A stretch of DNA of 64,000 nt, taken from IMG/VR virus record IMGVR_UViG_3300045988_105030. One strand, written 5' to 3'. Each line of letters starts with the position of its first letter. The stretch's first letter is position 1. Below are positions 21,101 to 30,648 of this stretch, piece by piece. The notes beneath the pieces were generated by a model. The model searched no databases. It worked only from the letters and a program-made list of their open reading frames with translations, and was not told the origin of the DNA. This stretch comes from a virus. A program made the translations under genes and the position numbers.

Positions 21101-22339
21101 TATTCCGGCGGCAGTTCGTCCTCCCGAGGAGACGGCGGGCGGCAAAACGCACAAGCGCAGATCAAGAAGCTGCAAAAAGAGCGGGACGCGGAGCTGGCTG
21201 TAATCCAAAAGCAGATCGACGCGCTGAAGGAACAGACAGAGGAAGAGGATCGGCAGGCAAAGCTAGAGGAATATAAGCTTGAGATCCTGAAAAAACAGGA
21301 CGCTGTGATGAACGCCCGCAACGAGCGGACGGTGCGCCAGTACAACGCCTCCACGGGGCAGTGGGAATGGGTGGCGGACGCGACCAAGGTGAAAAAAGCC
21401 GAGGAGGATCTGGAAAACGCCAAGAAGGAGCTGCGGGAATATGAGCGCAAGGTGGAGATAGACCTTGCGGTGGACGAACTAAAGGCACGGCAGGATGCCA
21501 TCAAGGCGGCGTATCAGATCAAGATCGACGCTTGGCAGGACTATCTTGATGGGCTTTCCAGCGCCATCAGTGCAGAAAAGTCGATGCTTGACCAGAGTGT
21601 GGCCAACAACCAGGCGGCGACAAACGCCATTATAAAAGCGTGGAACGAGGCCAACAAGGCGAAAGAGAACGGAAACGAAAGCGGTGATGTGCAAAGCCCC
21701 GGTGGCGGAGATGACACCGTTTATGCCCCCGATAACGCCAGTACCACCGACATCAAGATTATGCAGGCGTATTTGGGCGTTACACCGGATGGCATCTGGG
21801 GAAAAAACTCGGAGGCCGCGTTGAAAAAGAGCCGGTTTTCCAGTTTTGACGAGATGCTGCGGCACTTCTATGCAGATGGCGGTGCGCTGGATCAGGCTGT
21901 GGCAAAAGTGAGAAGCGACAAGGTTGCCAAAAGTACATACGACGAGGCCATGAGAAACGGGTATTCCTCCACGCAATCTTACGCAGTTGTGGCAAGGTCG
22001 TACAAGTACGACGAGGGCGGCATTTTGAAAGGCATGGGCGGCATAAAGGCTACGCCGAAAGATGAGATCGTGCTGCCGCCGAAGCTGGCCGCCAAGATGC
22101 TGACGCCGCTGGCAGACAGAACCTTTAAGGCACGGCTGGGAGAGCTGGGCTTCCTTTACGGCGCGGAAACGGGACTTCCGAGGACGCTGACGGGCAGCAC
22201 GGACAACAGGAGCTATACCGACAACAGCGGCACACGCTATCAGATCGGCTCGATTGTCATGACAGAGCAGCAAGCCAAGCACACCACCATTTATGAGGCG
22301 GCGCAGCAGGCCCATAACCTGCAAGCCTTTAACGCATAG
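18188..22339 (+). CDS. Tail tape measure protein
   Basis: 1383 aa. Conserved core IAEGLGKVAPIAAQAHVGVDELTAAIG. Mid-protein TM segments and long coiled coils. C-terminal peptidoglycan-binding-like IKIMQAYLGVTPDGIWGKNSEAALKK. Confidence 0.85.
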   Translation: MAIFKVTAVPDFSQLRGEIARLQGSPVTLGVDTRQANVNIKATTQNLKKLTETFSPDGELVHSVSNYSKRVGEVVTVTKSLDRESGEMTVTSKKVTQNFEAQARAAQKAAREVQSAADAYRAYTAQQNKGYTPTAMQRRIESITGISGGSTKSASDSAKVFERAWLNASGKVQDGAQKAAREVKNVGKAAKETSGFADLMGDSFGRVAAKMAMWQVMGNTIAGVKREFTEALKTMKAVDDEMVTIRKVTGASKDELEKIEKQAYKTASAYGVAADEYLKFVSGFSRAGYGEQASALAELAAKTQIVGDTNAETAQQFLLSVDAAYKYQGNIEQLTKVLDGANEIDNRYATSISKIAEGLGKVAPIAAQAHVGVDELTAAIGTITAVTQRSGTEAATALRALFLNIIGDTKTEIDEGVTWTTGEIAGLRDVIKVYAKDAYDAAKASGDVINPMKAIAGLSQSMKDGFLTEQQLMEMVSDIGGKLRTSQLLALIQNWDMYESMLTDFAGAAGSADKEVENALDSWTRKTEILKNKWTEFVSHLVETDTIKGALDGVIKLVEFLDSDTGRLVVQMSLLVGTLALLNKGFTSLMTKTAVGTFFGTLTSAIGGNAMATTQLIGQLKSLVAILPQIGIGAAIFAALAAAIYVGTQKQREYNNALKETEEIQSKLGETQSEYDALINKTGELTAEEKKRLDVLKELRKEQEKQLEAAKKAEWTAWNKLHGSGAKTVVGGGEGVGGGLGAGALKTERMDIEALRNYREELAAIEAQYRAGEMSAGAYYDALEKLNAAREDSVETIRAAIDAGYDVTEEQRELVAAYDRVQQTLGVTQNATKDYISELIEEARQSGATGKALYDLVAAQITASSTGLDVSQQIAALQALAVQAGYTAQAIAQVFSYANGAGTYQADSDEIKQRAQELMESGAASSVSQAFNLAKKQLTEEAWGNLTGNYTPSISVPSVSYPSGGGYSGGGYSGGSSSSRGDGGRQNAQAQIKKLQKERDAELAVIQKQIDALKEQTEEEDRQAKLEEYKLEILKKQDAVMNARNERTVRQYNASTGQWEWVADATKVKKAEEDLENAKKELREYERKVEIDLAVDELKARQDAIKAAYQIKIDAWQDYLDGLSSAISAEKSMLDQSVANNQAATNAIIKAWNEANKAKENGNESGDVQSPGGGDDTVYAPDNASTTDIKIMQAYLGVTPDGIWGKNSEAALKKSRFSSFDEMLRHFYADGGALDQAVAKVRSDKVAKSTYDEAMRNGYSSTQSYAVVARSYKYDEGGILKGMGGIKATPKDEIVLPPKLAAKMLTPLADRTFKARLGELGFLYGAETGLPRTLTGSTDNRSYTDNSGTRYQIGSIVMTEQQAKHTTIYEAAQQAHNLQAFNA

Positions 22340-22359
22340 GAGAGAGGAGCGAGACACCG

Positions 22360-22665
22360 ATGGGCAATGAGACGGGGGCTTTGGTAACGCTGGCGCAGCG
22401 GCTATGGAATAACTTTTTTCGACACAGGGTAAAGGAGACGCAGACGGACATGCTGCGCTTTTACCGGGCGGAGGTGACGAAGGCGGCGGCAAACGGCAGG
22501 ATCACAGTGCGACGGCCCTTTGACACAACGGAAGCATCGCTGGGCTATGTGGCGAGTATGGCGGGTGCGCCGGTGGGGTCACAGGTGGTGGTGCTGGTGT
22601 TTGGCGAGAAAAAGAACGCGGCCAACCAGAAGATCATCATGTATACCGACGGGTCGAATTTGTGA
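22360..22665 (+). CDS. Hypothetical tail protein
   Basis: 101-aa ORF following the tape measure. Confidence 0.45.
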   Translation: MGNETGALVTLAQRLWNNFFRHRVKETQTDMLRFYRAEVTKAAANGRITVRRPFDTTEASLGYVASMAGAPVGSQVVVLVFGEKKNAANQKIIMYTDGSNL

Positions 22666-22681
22666 GAAAGGCGGAGAAAAC

Positions 22682-22885
22682 GTGGGACGAAACACACGGC
22701 ACATTCTGATTTTTCGGGACGGTAAGGAAATCCCTGTAACGGGGATCACGCGGCAGCACTATGTAACCCGGGAGGGCAGCTACCGAAAAAAAGACCCCAC
22801 CATCGGCAAGCTGCGGCCTGCCACGGCGGAAGAGTGCGAGGCGCTGGACGACGGCTATGAGCGGAGGGGACGGTGGCGCAGATGA
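22682..22885 (+). CDS. Small hypothetical protein
   Basis: GTG at 22682 after AAAGGCGGAG. 67 aa. Overlaps the next gene by 13 nt. Confidence 0.3.
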   Translation: MGRNTRHILIFRDGKEIPVTGITRQHYVTREGSYRKKDPTIGKLRPATAEECEALDDGYERRGRWRR

Positions 22886-24156
22886 CGGCGCAGGAGCAGT
22901 ATGCCGCGTATCTGGCGGCGCTGAAAGGGCCGTTTCAAAAGCTGTGCCGGCTGCGGTTTTTGAACACAGATGGCAGCACTGCCTTTTTCGTGGACAACAA
23001 CCGGCGCAACCCGTACAGCGGTGCTTTTGTATCCAGCGGGTCGATCACGGTGAATTTGCAAAACGGCGTGCGGCGCACAGCCAGCGTGACGCTGAGCAAT
23101 GTGGGAGAGACGTTTTCCTATGATGTGAACCACATATGGTTCGGACAGGAAATCGCACTGGACGAGGGCTTGGTGCTGCCCAACGGCGAGGAATACTACA
23201 TACAGCAGGGCGTTTTCCTGGTGGAGGATCCGGTGGAAACGGTGAATCCGGCGCAAAGAACAATAACGCTTCAGCTGGTGGACAAGTGGGCCAATCTGGA
23301 TGGGACGCTGTGGGGCAACCTTGACGGCACCTATCGCGGTACGCTGGGCGTGAACATCTTTGAACAGATCGATGCGCTTTTACGGACGGACAGAGGAAAC
23401 GGAAGGCCGGTAGACTCAGTGGCGGCGGTATATACCGAGTACTACAACGGGAAAACGCAGACACTGCCGGACGGCGGCACGGCAAAGCTGACAGACGCGC
23501 CGTATACGCTGGAGGTATCGCCGGGAAGCGGCGGCACCTATTCCTCTGTCATTCTGGGCTTTTGCGAAATGCTGAACGCATGGGTGGGATATGACGCCAC
23601 GGGCAGACTGCGGATCGACCCCAGCCAAGACGACCTGCTGGATACGGGCAAGCCCATTGCCCACGCCTTTTCCATGGAGGATGTGACGCTGCTGGGGCTA
23701 TCCTACACGGCGAAAAACACCGATGTATATAACGACTACATCGTGATGGGCGAGCAGCTGGAGGACAACAGCCAGCCGGGAGCAAGAGCTACCAACGAGG
23801 ACCCGGAGAGCGACACCAACGTGAAGCTGATCGGGCGAAAGACCATATGGACCTCTACCAACGGGTTTACCACGGTGCGGCAGTGCCGGGACAAGGCGGA
23901 GTGGATGCTGAAGCGCTCCACGGTGCTGCAAAAAAGCGTGGACATATCCTGCGGGCAAATTTTCCATATTAAAGAAAATGAACTTGTGTCCGTTGTGAGA
24001 TCGGATAAGCCGGGAAGCCCAACGGAGCGGCACCTGATACAGGGATTTTCAAGGCCGCTGGCCTATGCCGGAGAGATGACCATTACGGCGGTGAGCGTGG
24101 CGGACTTCCCCACCGCCACGGTGACGGAGTGGGGGACGGCAGGAGGCAAGAGCTAG
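22873..24156 (+). CDS. Distal tail or tail-tip protein
   Basis: 427 aa. First large gene after the tape measure, the typical position for a distal tail protein. Confidence 0.55.
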   Translation: MAQMTAQEQYAAYLAALKGPFQKLCRLRFLNTDGSTAFFVDNNRRNPYSGAFVSSGSITVNLQNGVRRTASVTLSNVGETFSYDVNHIWFGQEIALDEGLVLPNGEEYYIQQGVFLVEDPVETVNPAQRTITLQLVDKWANLDGTLWGNLDGTYRGTLGVNIFEQIDALLRTDRGNGRPVDSVAAVYTEYYNGKTQTLPDGGTAKLTDAPYTLEVSPGSGGTYSSVILGFCEMLNAWVGYDATGRLRIDPSQDDLLDTGKPIAHAFSMEDVTLLGLSYTAKNTDVYNDYIVMGEQLEDNSQPGARATNEDPESDTNVKLIGRKTIWTSTNGFTTVRQCRDKAEWMLKRSTVLQKSVDISCGQIFHIKENELVSVVRSDKPGSPTERHLIQGFSRPLAYAGEMTITAVSVADFPTATVTEWGTAGGKS

Positions 24157-24174
24157 GAAGGAGGCGCATCGTAC

Positions 24175-26262
24175 ATGGCACTTTTTATGCCCACGAACAT
24201 TACACCCTCAACGCTGGGAGCGCTGGGCAACGGCACCGTGGACGCAGATAAGGATCTGACGGTCAGCTGGCAGGTGGACGGGCAGAACGCCATGACGGCG
24301 TTCCAAATAAAAATTCTGGCCAACACGGCGCAGAGTACCGCGCTGTATGACACGGGGAAACGGACAGACGGCTGCCCCTTTTACGGGAGAGACGCTGCGG
24401 GGAACGTGGTCTTTTTCCAGTACACCATACCCAAAAGTGCGCTGGCGGCATCGGGCATTCGGAACGGCAGCACCTATAAGCTGCTGATCACGCAATGGTG
24501 GAGCAGCACAGAAAGCGTTACACAGCAGTCAGCCTCGGTTTTTGTATGCAGGACAACCCCAACGCTGACGATTCACGGATTTCAAACCCCGGTGACGCAA
24601 AAGACGGTGACGTGGACGGCGGACTACGCGCAGGCGCAGGGCGACGCCATTATCTGGGCAAGATGGACGCTGGCACAGGCGGGGCGGCTGGATGAACCGC
24701 TGCGCGACACGGGCAACGTGGCCACGGCGCAGCTGGCCTTTACCTACGATGGACTTTTCTCGGGACAGGAATACGCCATACGGTGCCGGGTGGAGACGGT
24801 AAACGGCGTGACGGCGGACACGGGATGGCAGGAATTTTCGGTTTCCTACACGGTAGCGGAGTATTCCGGCGATGTGACGACGCAAGTTTACCCCAACTTG
24901 AGCGGCGTACTGGTAACATGGCCGAGAGCTTATGACATTCCCGGAGAGGTGACAGGCGGCTACACCACGGAGGGTGGAAAGCTGACGCTTTATGACGGCG
25001 CAACGCTGACGTGGCAGCAGGTAAAGGGCGTGGGAATGGCCTTTGCGCCGCCGTGGTCGGCTGTGTGGCGCGGCACATTGACGGCGCTGGGCGTGGCTCT
25101 GCTGACAATTCGCGGCAGCGACGGAAGAGAAACTGCACTGAGGCTGGAGGCGGATCATTTTGAAACGGTCACGACAGGGGAAGCACCCATCCAGACGGAG
25201 GCGGAGTTTGCCGTGGGAGACCAGATCACGGTGATCCTGACGGGAAATAAGCTTCAGGTGCAGCGGCGCTACTATGTGGAGGGATTGAACCCCAGCACCA
25301 CGCTATACCCGTCTGAAACGCTTTATCCAAGAGACCGGCGGCGGCTGACGCAGCTCTACACCGCGCCGGCGGTGACGCAGTGGAAAACGGTGACGGCGGT
25401 GACGCTGGGCGGCGCACAGGAGTGCGACTACTTCTGGATGGCGGCAGGCGCCCTGACGGCGCAGGAGATGGCGGCGATTCTGAGCGAAAGCGGATATAAG
25501 CCGACATGGGAGGACAGAACGCTGCTGCTGACCAACTTTGCACAGGGGCTGAACGGCGGAAACATGACAACTGATGTGTCGCTGGCGGGATGGAGCGTGT
25601 ACCGGCTGCGGGCAGGCGATACGCTGCTGTTTCATGTGGCAGACACACCCTATGAGCAGAATGCCATTGTGGATTGCAGCGTGAAATCGCAGGAGACATA
25701 TACCTATTATATATTCGGCACAGGGCAGAACGCATTTGCCACCAACGGCATTGCCAGCCAGCCGGTGAAACCGGTTTTGTGGGACTGGACGATCTTGGCG
25801 GCGGAGACGGATCAGCAGGGCGCTTATCGGGTGGGAGAGCTGTTCCGATTCCGGCTGAACGTTACGTCGGGCACCATTGGCAACAACAATATCCCCAATG
25901 CACTGAACAACTTTACCCGGTATCCCACCATTCAGATGTCCCCTGCCAACTACCAGAGCGGCAAGCTGAGCGGCTATATCGGCAGCGTGGGGAGAGACGG
26001 AGAATACCGGGACGATATTGCAACGAGAGACGCCATTTACGCCCTGTCCACCACAGGGAGGACGCTGTTTTTAAAAAACAGAAAGGGCGATTTCCTGCGG
26101 GTGTTTTTAAACGGCGCGGTGGCCATGGACACGCAGGACAACACGCGGCAGCAGGCACAGATCGCCTCGGTTCCGTGGGTGGAAACGGGCGGCACCAAGG
26201 ATACGCGGCTGATTATCACAAGAGAGGACGGCCTATGGCCGGAGACGGAAAGGAGACGCTGA
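24175..26262 (+). CDS. Tail-tip or baseplate protein
   Basis: 695 aa. Second large gene after the tape measure. Confidence 0.55.
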   Translation: MALFMPTNITPSTLGALGNGTVDADKDLTVSWQVDGQNAMTAFQIKILANTAQSTALYDTGKRTDGCPFYGRDAAGNVVFFQYTIPKSALAASGIRNGSTYKLLITQWWSSTESVTQQSASVFVCRTTPTLTIHGFQTPVTQKTVTWTADYAQAQGDAIIWARWTLAQAGRLDEPLRDTGNVATAQLAFTYDGLFSGQEYAIRCRVETVNGVTADTGWQEFSVSYTVAEYSGDVTTQVYPNLSGVLVTWPRAYDIPGEVTGGYTTEGGKLTLYDGATLTWQQVKGVGMAFAPPWSAVWRGTLTALGVALLTIRGSDGRETALRLEADHFETVTTGEAPIQTEAEFAVGDQITVILTGNKLQVQRRYYVEGLNPSTTLYPSETLYPRDRRRLTQLYTAPAVTQWKTVTAVTLGGAQECDYFWMAAGALTAQEMAAILSESGYKPTWEDRTLLLTNFAQGLNGGNMTTDVSLAGWSVYRLRAGDTLLFHVADTPYEQNAIVDCSVKSQETYTYYIFGTGQNAFATNGIASQPVKPVLWDWTILAAETDQQGAYRVGELFRFRLNVTSGTIGNNNIPNALNNFTRYPTIQMSPANYQSGKLSGYIGSVGRDGEYRDDIATRDAIYALSTTGRTLFLKNRKGDFLRVFLNGAVAMDTQDNTRQQAQIASVPWVETGGTKDTRLIITREDGLWPETERRR

Positions 26263-26266
26263 GAAT

Positions 26267-27223
26267 ATGAGTTATAAATCCCCAAAATGGAACAACGGAA
26301 GCGCCCCTCCGCTGAGCGCAGAAAACATGCAGGCTCTGACAGACGCTGTGCAGGAGCAGGGGGAAACGCTGGCAACGATGTGCAATCCAAACATGTTGGA
26401 CAACTGGTACTTCGGCAATCCGATCAATCAGAGAGGACAAACGAGCTATACGGGCGGGGTGTATGGAATTGATAGGTGGCTTAAATCTGCAGCAGAGACT
26501 ACCGTTGCTGTTGTAACCGGCGGTATCTCCGCCTCGGGTAAACAGTTCCAAAGACTGGAACAGAGAGTGGAGGACGCTCAAAGCCTGAACGGGATCACTG
26601 TTACATTTTCTGCTCTGGTTAAAAATCCTAATGGAAATTTCCGACTTGCCCTGTATAATGCAACAACCGGCGGTTTAATTACCCAGGACTTCCAGGCATC
26701 AGAAGATTTTCAGCTGGTGCAGATTACAGCGGCACCAGTTATTAACGCGGGTGATGTTTTCTCTGTGGCACTCTATCCTGGTGCGAACAATGCTACGACC
26801 GAGCGCACATGCCTAATCAAGGCCGTCAAGCTGGAGCTTGGCTCCCAGCAGACGCTGGCGCATCAGGAGAACGGCGCGTGGGTGCTGAACGAGATACCGA
26901 AGTTCGGCGATCAACTGGCGGCGTGCCAGAGGTGTGCGGTAAGGCTCTCAAAATGGAGCCAGATTAGGGCGGCATCCATCGAACAAAACACCATTGATTT
27001 CTCTGTCCCGATTCCTACATCAATGAGAGCTGTTCCGGTACTTGTTGATGTGTCCAAATTTATCGTGAGAACCGTTTCCGGCAATGCTCAAGATGGCTTC
27101 TCACTGACAACGTTAGGAGGCAGCGAAAGTGTCGTGCTTGTTCGTGCGACAAAGACCTCTCACGGCTTGGCTGACGCACAGTTATATATTGAAGACGGAG
27201 CGATGTTTTCTGCTGATCTGTAA
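26267..27223 (+). CDS. Tail fibre or receptor-binding protein candidate
   Basis: 318 aa. The N-terminus MSYKSPKWNNGSAPPLSAENMQALTDAVQE is typical of Firmicutes phage fibres. GC content drops in the distal half. Confidence 0.5.
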   Translation: MSYKSPKWNNGSAPPLSAENMQALTDAVQEQGETLATMCNPNMLDNWYFGNPINQRGQTSYTGGVYGIDRWLKSAAETTVAVVTGGISASGKQFQRLEQRVEDAQSLNGITVTFSALVKNPNGNFRLALYNATTGGLITQDFQASEDFQLVQITAAPVINAGDVFSVALYPGANNATTERTCLIKAVKLELGSQQTLAHQENGAWVLNEIPKFGDQLAACQRCAVRLSKWSQIRAASIEQNTIDFSVPIPTSMRAVPVLVDVSKFIVRTVSGNAQDGFSLTTLGGSESVVLVRATKTSHGLADAQLYIEDGAMFSADL

Positions 27224-27235
27224 GGAGGTAGCGCA

Positions 27236-27592
27236 ATGGAAAATCTGAAATCAAAGGTCTACGTCCTGCTGGATGAGAGAAGCCGCGTCCTGCGCTGCGA
27301 GGGCGGCTACACCATTAGCAACATCGATGATGTGAACAAATGGACGTACATCGATGAGGGCACGGGGGACAGATACAACCTGTGCCAGAGCCACTATTTT
27401 GATGCACTGTACACTGAGCAGGGCATTCCCCGGTACAAGTACGAGGATGGCGCTTGCGTGCTGCGGAGTGATGCGGAAATCGCAGAGGACGTGGCAAACC
27501 TGCCGCCTCCTGCCCCTGCGGAACCGACATCTGCTGAGGCGGTGCAGTACAAGGCCGCGCTGAAAATCCTTGGTATCGAAACGGAGGAATGA
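27236..27592 (+). CDS. Hypothetical protein (fibre-associated)
   Basis: 118 aa. RBS AAGGAGG. Confidence 0.45.
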   Translation: MENLKSKVYVLLDERSRVLRCEGGYTISNIDDVNKWTYIDEGTGDRYNLCQSHYFDALYTEQGIPRYKYEDGACVLRSDAEIAEDVANLPPPAPAEPTSAEAVQYKAALKILGIETEE

Positions 27593-27593
27593 T

Positions 27594-27998
27594 ATGAGAA
27601 CTGACATTCTGGAACAGGCCAAGGCACTGCGCGCCAGCATGGACGCGGCAGCGGCTGTCCTGACCGATGAGCAGGCGGCAAAAGCGCCTATGATCTATCG
27701 CCCGTGGAGCAGCGACAGCGTGGCCTACGCTGCCGGTGACAGGTGCCTGTATGGCGGCGTGCTGTACAAGTGCTTGCAAGGGCACACCTCGCAGGGAGAT
27801 TGGACGCCGACTGGTGCTGTCAGCCTGTGGGCAAAGGTGCTGATCCCCGACCCTACCGCGATCCCTGAGTGGCAGCAGCCGGAGAGCACCAATCCCTACA
27901 TGAAGGGGGATAAGGTGACATATCAAGGCCAAACATGGCAGTCTACTGTTGACAACAACGTGTGGGCACCGGGGGCGTATGGATGGGAGGTGGTTTGA
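27594..27998 (+). CDS. Carbohydrate-binding protein (two CBM5/12-like repeats)
   Basis: Two repeats: AGDRCLYGGVLYKCLQGHTSQGDWTP and KGDKVTYQGQTWQSTVDNNVWAP. Confidence 0.5.
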   Translation: MRTDILEQAKALRASMDAAAAVLTDEQAAKAPMIYRPWSSDSVAYAAGDRCLYGGVLYKCLQGHTSQGDWTPTGAVSLWAKVLIPDPTAIPEWQQPESTNPYMKGDKVTYQGQTWQSTVDNNVWAPGAYGWEVV

Positions 27999-27999
27999 T

Positions 28000-28302
28000 A
28001 TGTGGCAGTATATTATCCCCGCCATCAGCGCCATTGTCGTGGCGGCTCTGACCAGCGGTGGCCTATGGGCGCTGGTGGGCAGACGGGCGGACAGAAACGA
28101 TGCAGAGCGCAAAATGCTGGTGGGGCTGGCCCATGATCGCATCATCCATCTGGGCATGACCTACATCCAGCGCGGCGAGGTCACACAGGACGAGTACGAG
28201 AATCTCAACGATTACCTGTATGCGCCGTATGAAAAAATGGGCGGCAACGGCAGCGCCAAGCGCGTGATGGAAGAGGTGCGCCGCCTGCCTATCCGAAAAT
28301 AA
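28000..28302 (+). CDS. Membrane protein in the lysis cassette
   Basis: ATG at 28000 right after the upstream stop. N-terminal TM helix IIPAISAIVVAALTSGGLWALV. Confidence 0.4.
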   Translation: MWQYIIPAISAIVVAALTSGGLWALVGRRADRNDAERKMLVGLAHDRIIHLGMTYIQRGEVTQDEYENLNDYLYAPYEKMGGNGSAKRVMEEVRRLPIRK

Positions 28303-28334
28303 CAGACAGGGCAAAAGCCCGGAAAGGACAAAAC

Positions 28335-28562
28335 ATGAAACTGAATGATAGAATTTATGATGTGCTGAAATGGGTGGTCATGATCGTGCTGCCCGCCGTG
28401 GCGGCGCTGTACGCCGCTCTGGCCCCCGTCTGGGGCTGGCCCCGGCCCGACGACGTGGTGCTGACGCTGAACGCCGTGACGGCCTTTGCAGGCGCGATTC
28501 TGGGCATTTCCACGGCGCAGTACAACAAGACCAAGGCAAATGGGGGCGACAGAAATGCCTAA
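28335..28562 (+). CDS. Holin, Dp-1-family-like
   Basis: 75 aa. YDVLKWVVMIVLPAVAALYAALAPVWGW plus a second TM helix. Immediately upstream of, and overlapping, the endolysin. Confidence 0.7.
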   Translation: MKLNDRIYDVLKWVVMIVLPAVAALYAALAPVWGWPRPDDVVLTLNAVTAFAGAILGISTAQYNKTKANGGDRNA

Positions 28563-29253
28563 AATCTTTCTCAGCCCAGAGGATCGAGCGAGCAATGCCT
28601 ATGCCACCGAGGCGCTATGGAACGGGCATACCACCAACGAGAAGGAACAGATGGGACGCTGCGCCGATTATCTGGAAATCGCGCTCAAGCGCTGTGGCTT
28701 CGAGGTGATCAACGCGCAGTATGGCAACATGTACGACCGTGTCAGCGCGTCCAACAAATGGCCGGCCGATCTCCACATCGCCCTCCACACCAACGGCTTT
28801 AACGGCAAGGTAGCGGGGACGCGGGTGCACTGTTACCCCAGCGAAAAAAGCCGCGCCATCGGTAGGCTGATTCAGGATCGCATTGCCCCCATGTCCCCCG
28901 GCACATCCGAGCGGCTTATTGAAGACACGCGCCTCTACGAGCTGCGGGTGCCCACCATGCCTGCGGTGCTGCCGGAGTTCGGCTTCCACGACAACCCGGA
29001 GGAAGCCCAGTGGCTGATCGACAACATGGAGGCCATCGCGGAGGAAACCTGCAAGGCGGTGTGCGCGTTCTTCGATGCGCCCTACATCGCGCCGGACAAG
29101 CAGCTTGACGTAGAGCCGGAGCCGGTGCCCGATTCGGGCACGATCTACCGGGTGCAGGTGGGCGCATTCAGCGTAAAGGGAAATGCAGAGGCGTATCTCA
29201 AGGAGGTACGCAAGCACTTCCCGGCGGCGTTTATCACGCAGGTAAAGCGTTGA
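28555..29253 (+). CDS. Endolysin: N-acetylmuramoyl-L-alanine amidase (Amidase_3-type) with a C-terminal SPOR domain
   Basis: ADLHIALHTNG and PEFGFHDN motifs. C-terminal IYRVQVGAFSVKGNAEAYLKEV is SPOR-like. Confidence 0.85.
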   Translation: MPKIFLSPEDRASNAYATEALWNGHTTNEKEQMGRCADYLEIALKRCGFEVINAQYGNMYDRVSASNKWPADLHIALHTNGFNGKVAGTRVHCYPSEKSRAIGRLIQDRIAPMSPGTSERLIEDTRLYELRVPTMPAVLPEFGFHDNPEEAQWLIDNMEAIAEETCKAVCAFFDAPYIAPDKQLDVEPEPVPDSGTIYRVQVGAFSVKGNAEAYLKEVRKHFPAAFITQVKR

Positions 29254-29277
29254 CGCTCCCCGCGGCACAACAGAAAA

Positions 29278-29324
29278 AAGACCGTCATCCGAAACCGGCT
29301 GCTTGCCTCGGATGGCGGTCTTTC
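29278..29324. terminator. Bidirectional intrinsic terminator between the endolysin (+) and integrase (-)
   Basis: AAAGACCGTCATCCGA-15 nt-TCGGATGGCGGTCTTT, a 16-bp stem with A and T tracts on both sides. Confidence 0.75.
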
Positions 29325-29367
29325 CGTTTGTGGAACTTTTGTGGCGCTGTCTGGCTGGCGGAGGCGG

Positions 29368-30393
29368 TCAAGACTGCTCCTGCGCCAGCTGGGCGGTGAT
29401 CTGGGCGCAGCGCTCCTGTTCCTCACGGACGAGGACGGCGCTCTTGCGGCCTGTGCGGCTGAGAAGCCGGCCGGAATAAATCTGGGTGGTGTTGGGGTTG
29501 GCGTGGCCCAGCTTGGCTTGCAGCTCCTCCATGGGCATACCGGAATTTAAGTCCAGCCGCGCCCCTACATGGCGCAGGTCGTGGGTACGGACGTTATCCA
29601 CGCCGGTGACGGCCTTTACATGGCGCGCTACAAGGCTGCTGAGCCACTGGGGAGAGCCGCGCCGCCACACGCCGTCTTGCTGGAACACGCCAAATTCTTT
29701 GGCGCTGGTGGTGCCGAACAAGGGCGCTGTGTCGGGGACATCCCGGGGGCGAATACCGCTGGCCAGATAGATACGGACGGCGGACTGGGCAATCTCGGGG
29801 AACTCCACGCGGCGGAATTTGTTGCCCTTGCCCCGCTCTACTATCAGCTCGCCGGACTCCCAATCCAGATCGGCGGGGGAAAGACTTAAAAGCTCGGCAT
29901 TGCGAAGCTCGGTGGTGAGCAGCAGAATGATAATGGCATAGTTGCGGGGCCATCTATCACGGCGGCAGCCGCTGGGCCGGTCGCAGCGCCAGAGCCGCAT
30001 GACCTGACGGTCTGTTAAGATGGCATCGTAGGGACGCCGGTCTGACTGACTGGTCTGGGGGAAAAAGCGGCGGGAGACAGGGTTTGTGGGATACCAGCCG
30101 CCGCAGGAGGGGTCACAGGCAAAGTCAAAGAACACACGGAGGCGGGTGAGATACTGCCGGACGGTGTTGGGCGTCAGGCCGCGCTCTACCAGACTATCGC
30201 GCCACGCGGCCACGGTGGTATAGGTAGGGTCTTTATAATTCTCGGCGCCGGAGATGTAGAAATTCATGAAGCTCTCAAGGGTGCTGGTGTAGGCATAGAG
30301 GGTGCGGGGGGACTGGCTGGTGGCGGCGAGGTTCTTCAAGTATGCATGTGAGGCCTCACATAACTTTCGCTCGGGTGCACTGCTTCTCGGCAT
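29368..30393 (-). CDS. int: Tyrosine recombinase / phage integrase
   Basis: 341 aa. C-terminal catalytic region HDLRHVGA ... LGHANPNTTQIYSG. Confidence 0.85.
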   Translation of the reverse strand: MPRSSAPERKLCEASHAYLKNLAATSQSPRTLYAYTSTLESFMNFYISGAENYKDPTYTTVAAWRDSLVERGLTPNTVRQYLTRLRVFFDFACDPSCGGWYPTNPVSRRFFPQTSQSDRRPYDAILTDRQVMRLWRCDRPSGCRRDRWPRNYAIIILLLTTELRNAELLSLSPADLDWESGELIVERGKGNKFRRVEFPEIAQSAVRIYLASGIRPRDVPDTAPLFGTTSAKEFGVFQQDGVWRRGSPQWLSSLVARHVKAVTGVDNVRTHDLRHVGARLDLNSGMPMEELQAKLGHANPNTTQIYSGRLLSRTGRKSAVLVREEQERCAQITAQLAQEQS

Positions 30394-30435
30394 GGGGCAT
30401 ACCTCCTCTCCTGATGGGTGGTGCTTGCCGCTGCA

Positions 30436-30648
30436 TCAGGCAGTGGCGCGGACAAACTGCTGCATGAGGACAAGCTCCACGCCGCCCTCCCAGACGTGGC
30501 AGGAGTCGATGAGGAAATCACCGTAGGCCATCATCTCAAGGTCGTTGGCGGGGGTAAAGGGTACGCCATTGGTGCCGAAGGTGAGTTCGATGTTGGGCTT
30601 CACGCCGTCGCCGATCTCCAAAATGGAGCAGATTTCACGAACTGTCAT
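30436..30648 (-). CDS. Hypothetical protein
   Basis: 70-aa ORF. RBS AGGAGGAAAATCAAA. Confidence 0.45.
   Translation of the reverse strand: MTVREICSILEIGDGVKPNIELTFGTNGVPFTPANDLEMMAYGDFLIDSCHVWEGGVELVLMQQFVRATA

Larger units (their letters stand above)
1..29324. mobile_element. Prophage A, late region (packaging, head, tail, lysis); left end lies outside the window
   Basis: Uninterrupted plus-strand array terminase-portal-capsid-tail-tape measure-holin-endolysin. It ends at a bidirectional terminator. Confidence 0.8.

Noticed and set aside
18365-21208. 947-aa minus-strand ORF
   Set aside because: It is antisense to the tape measure gene, which has conserved motifs. The ORF is low-complexity Arg/Leu/Gly-rich.
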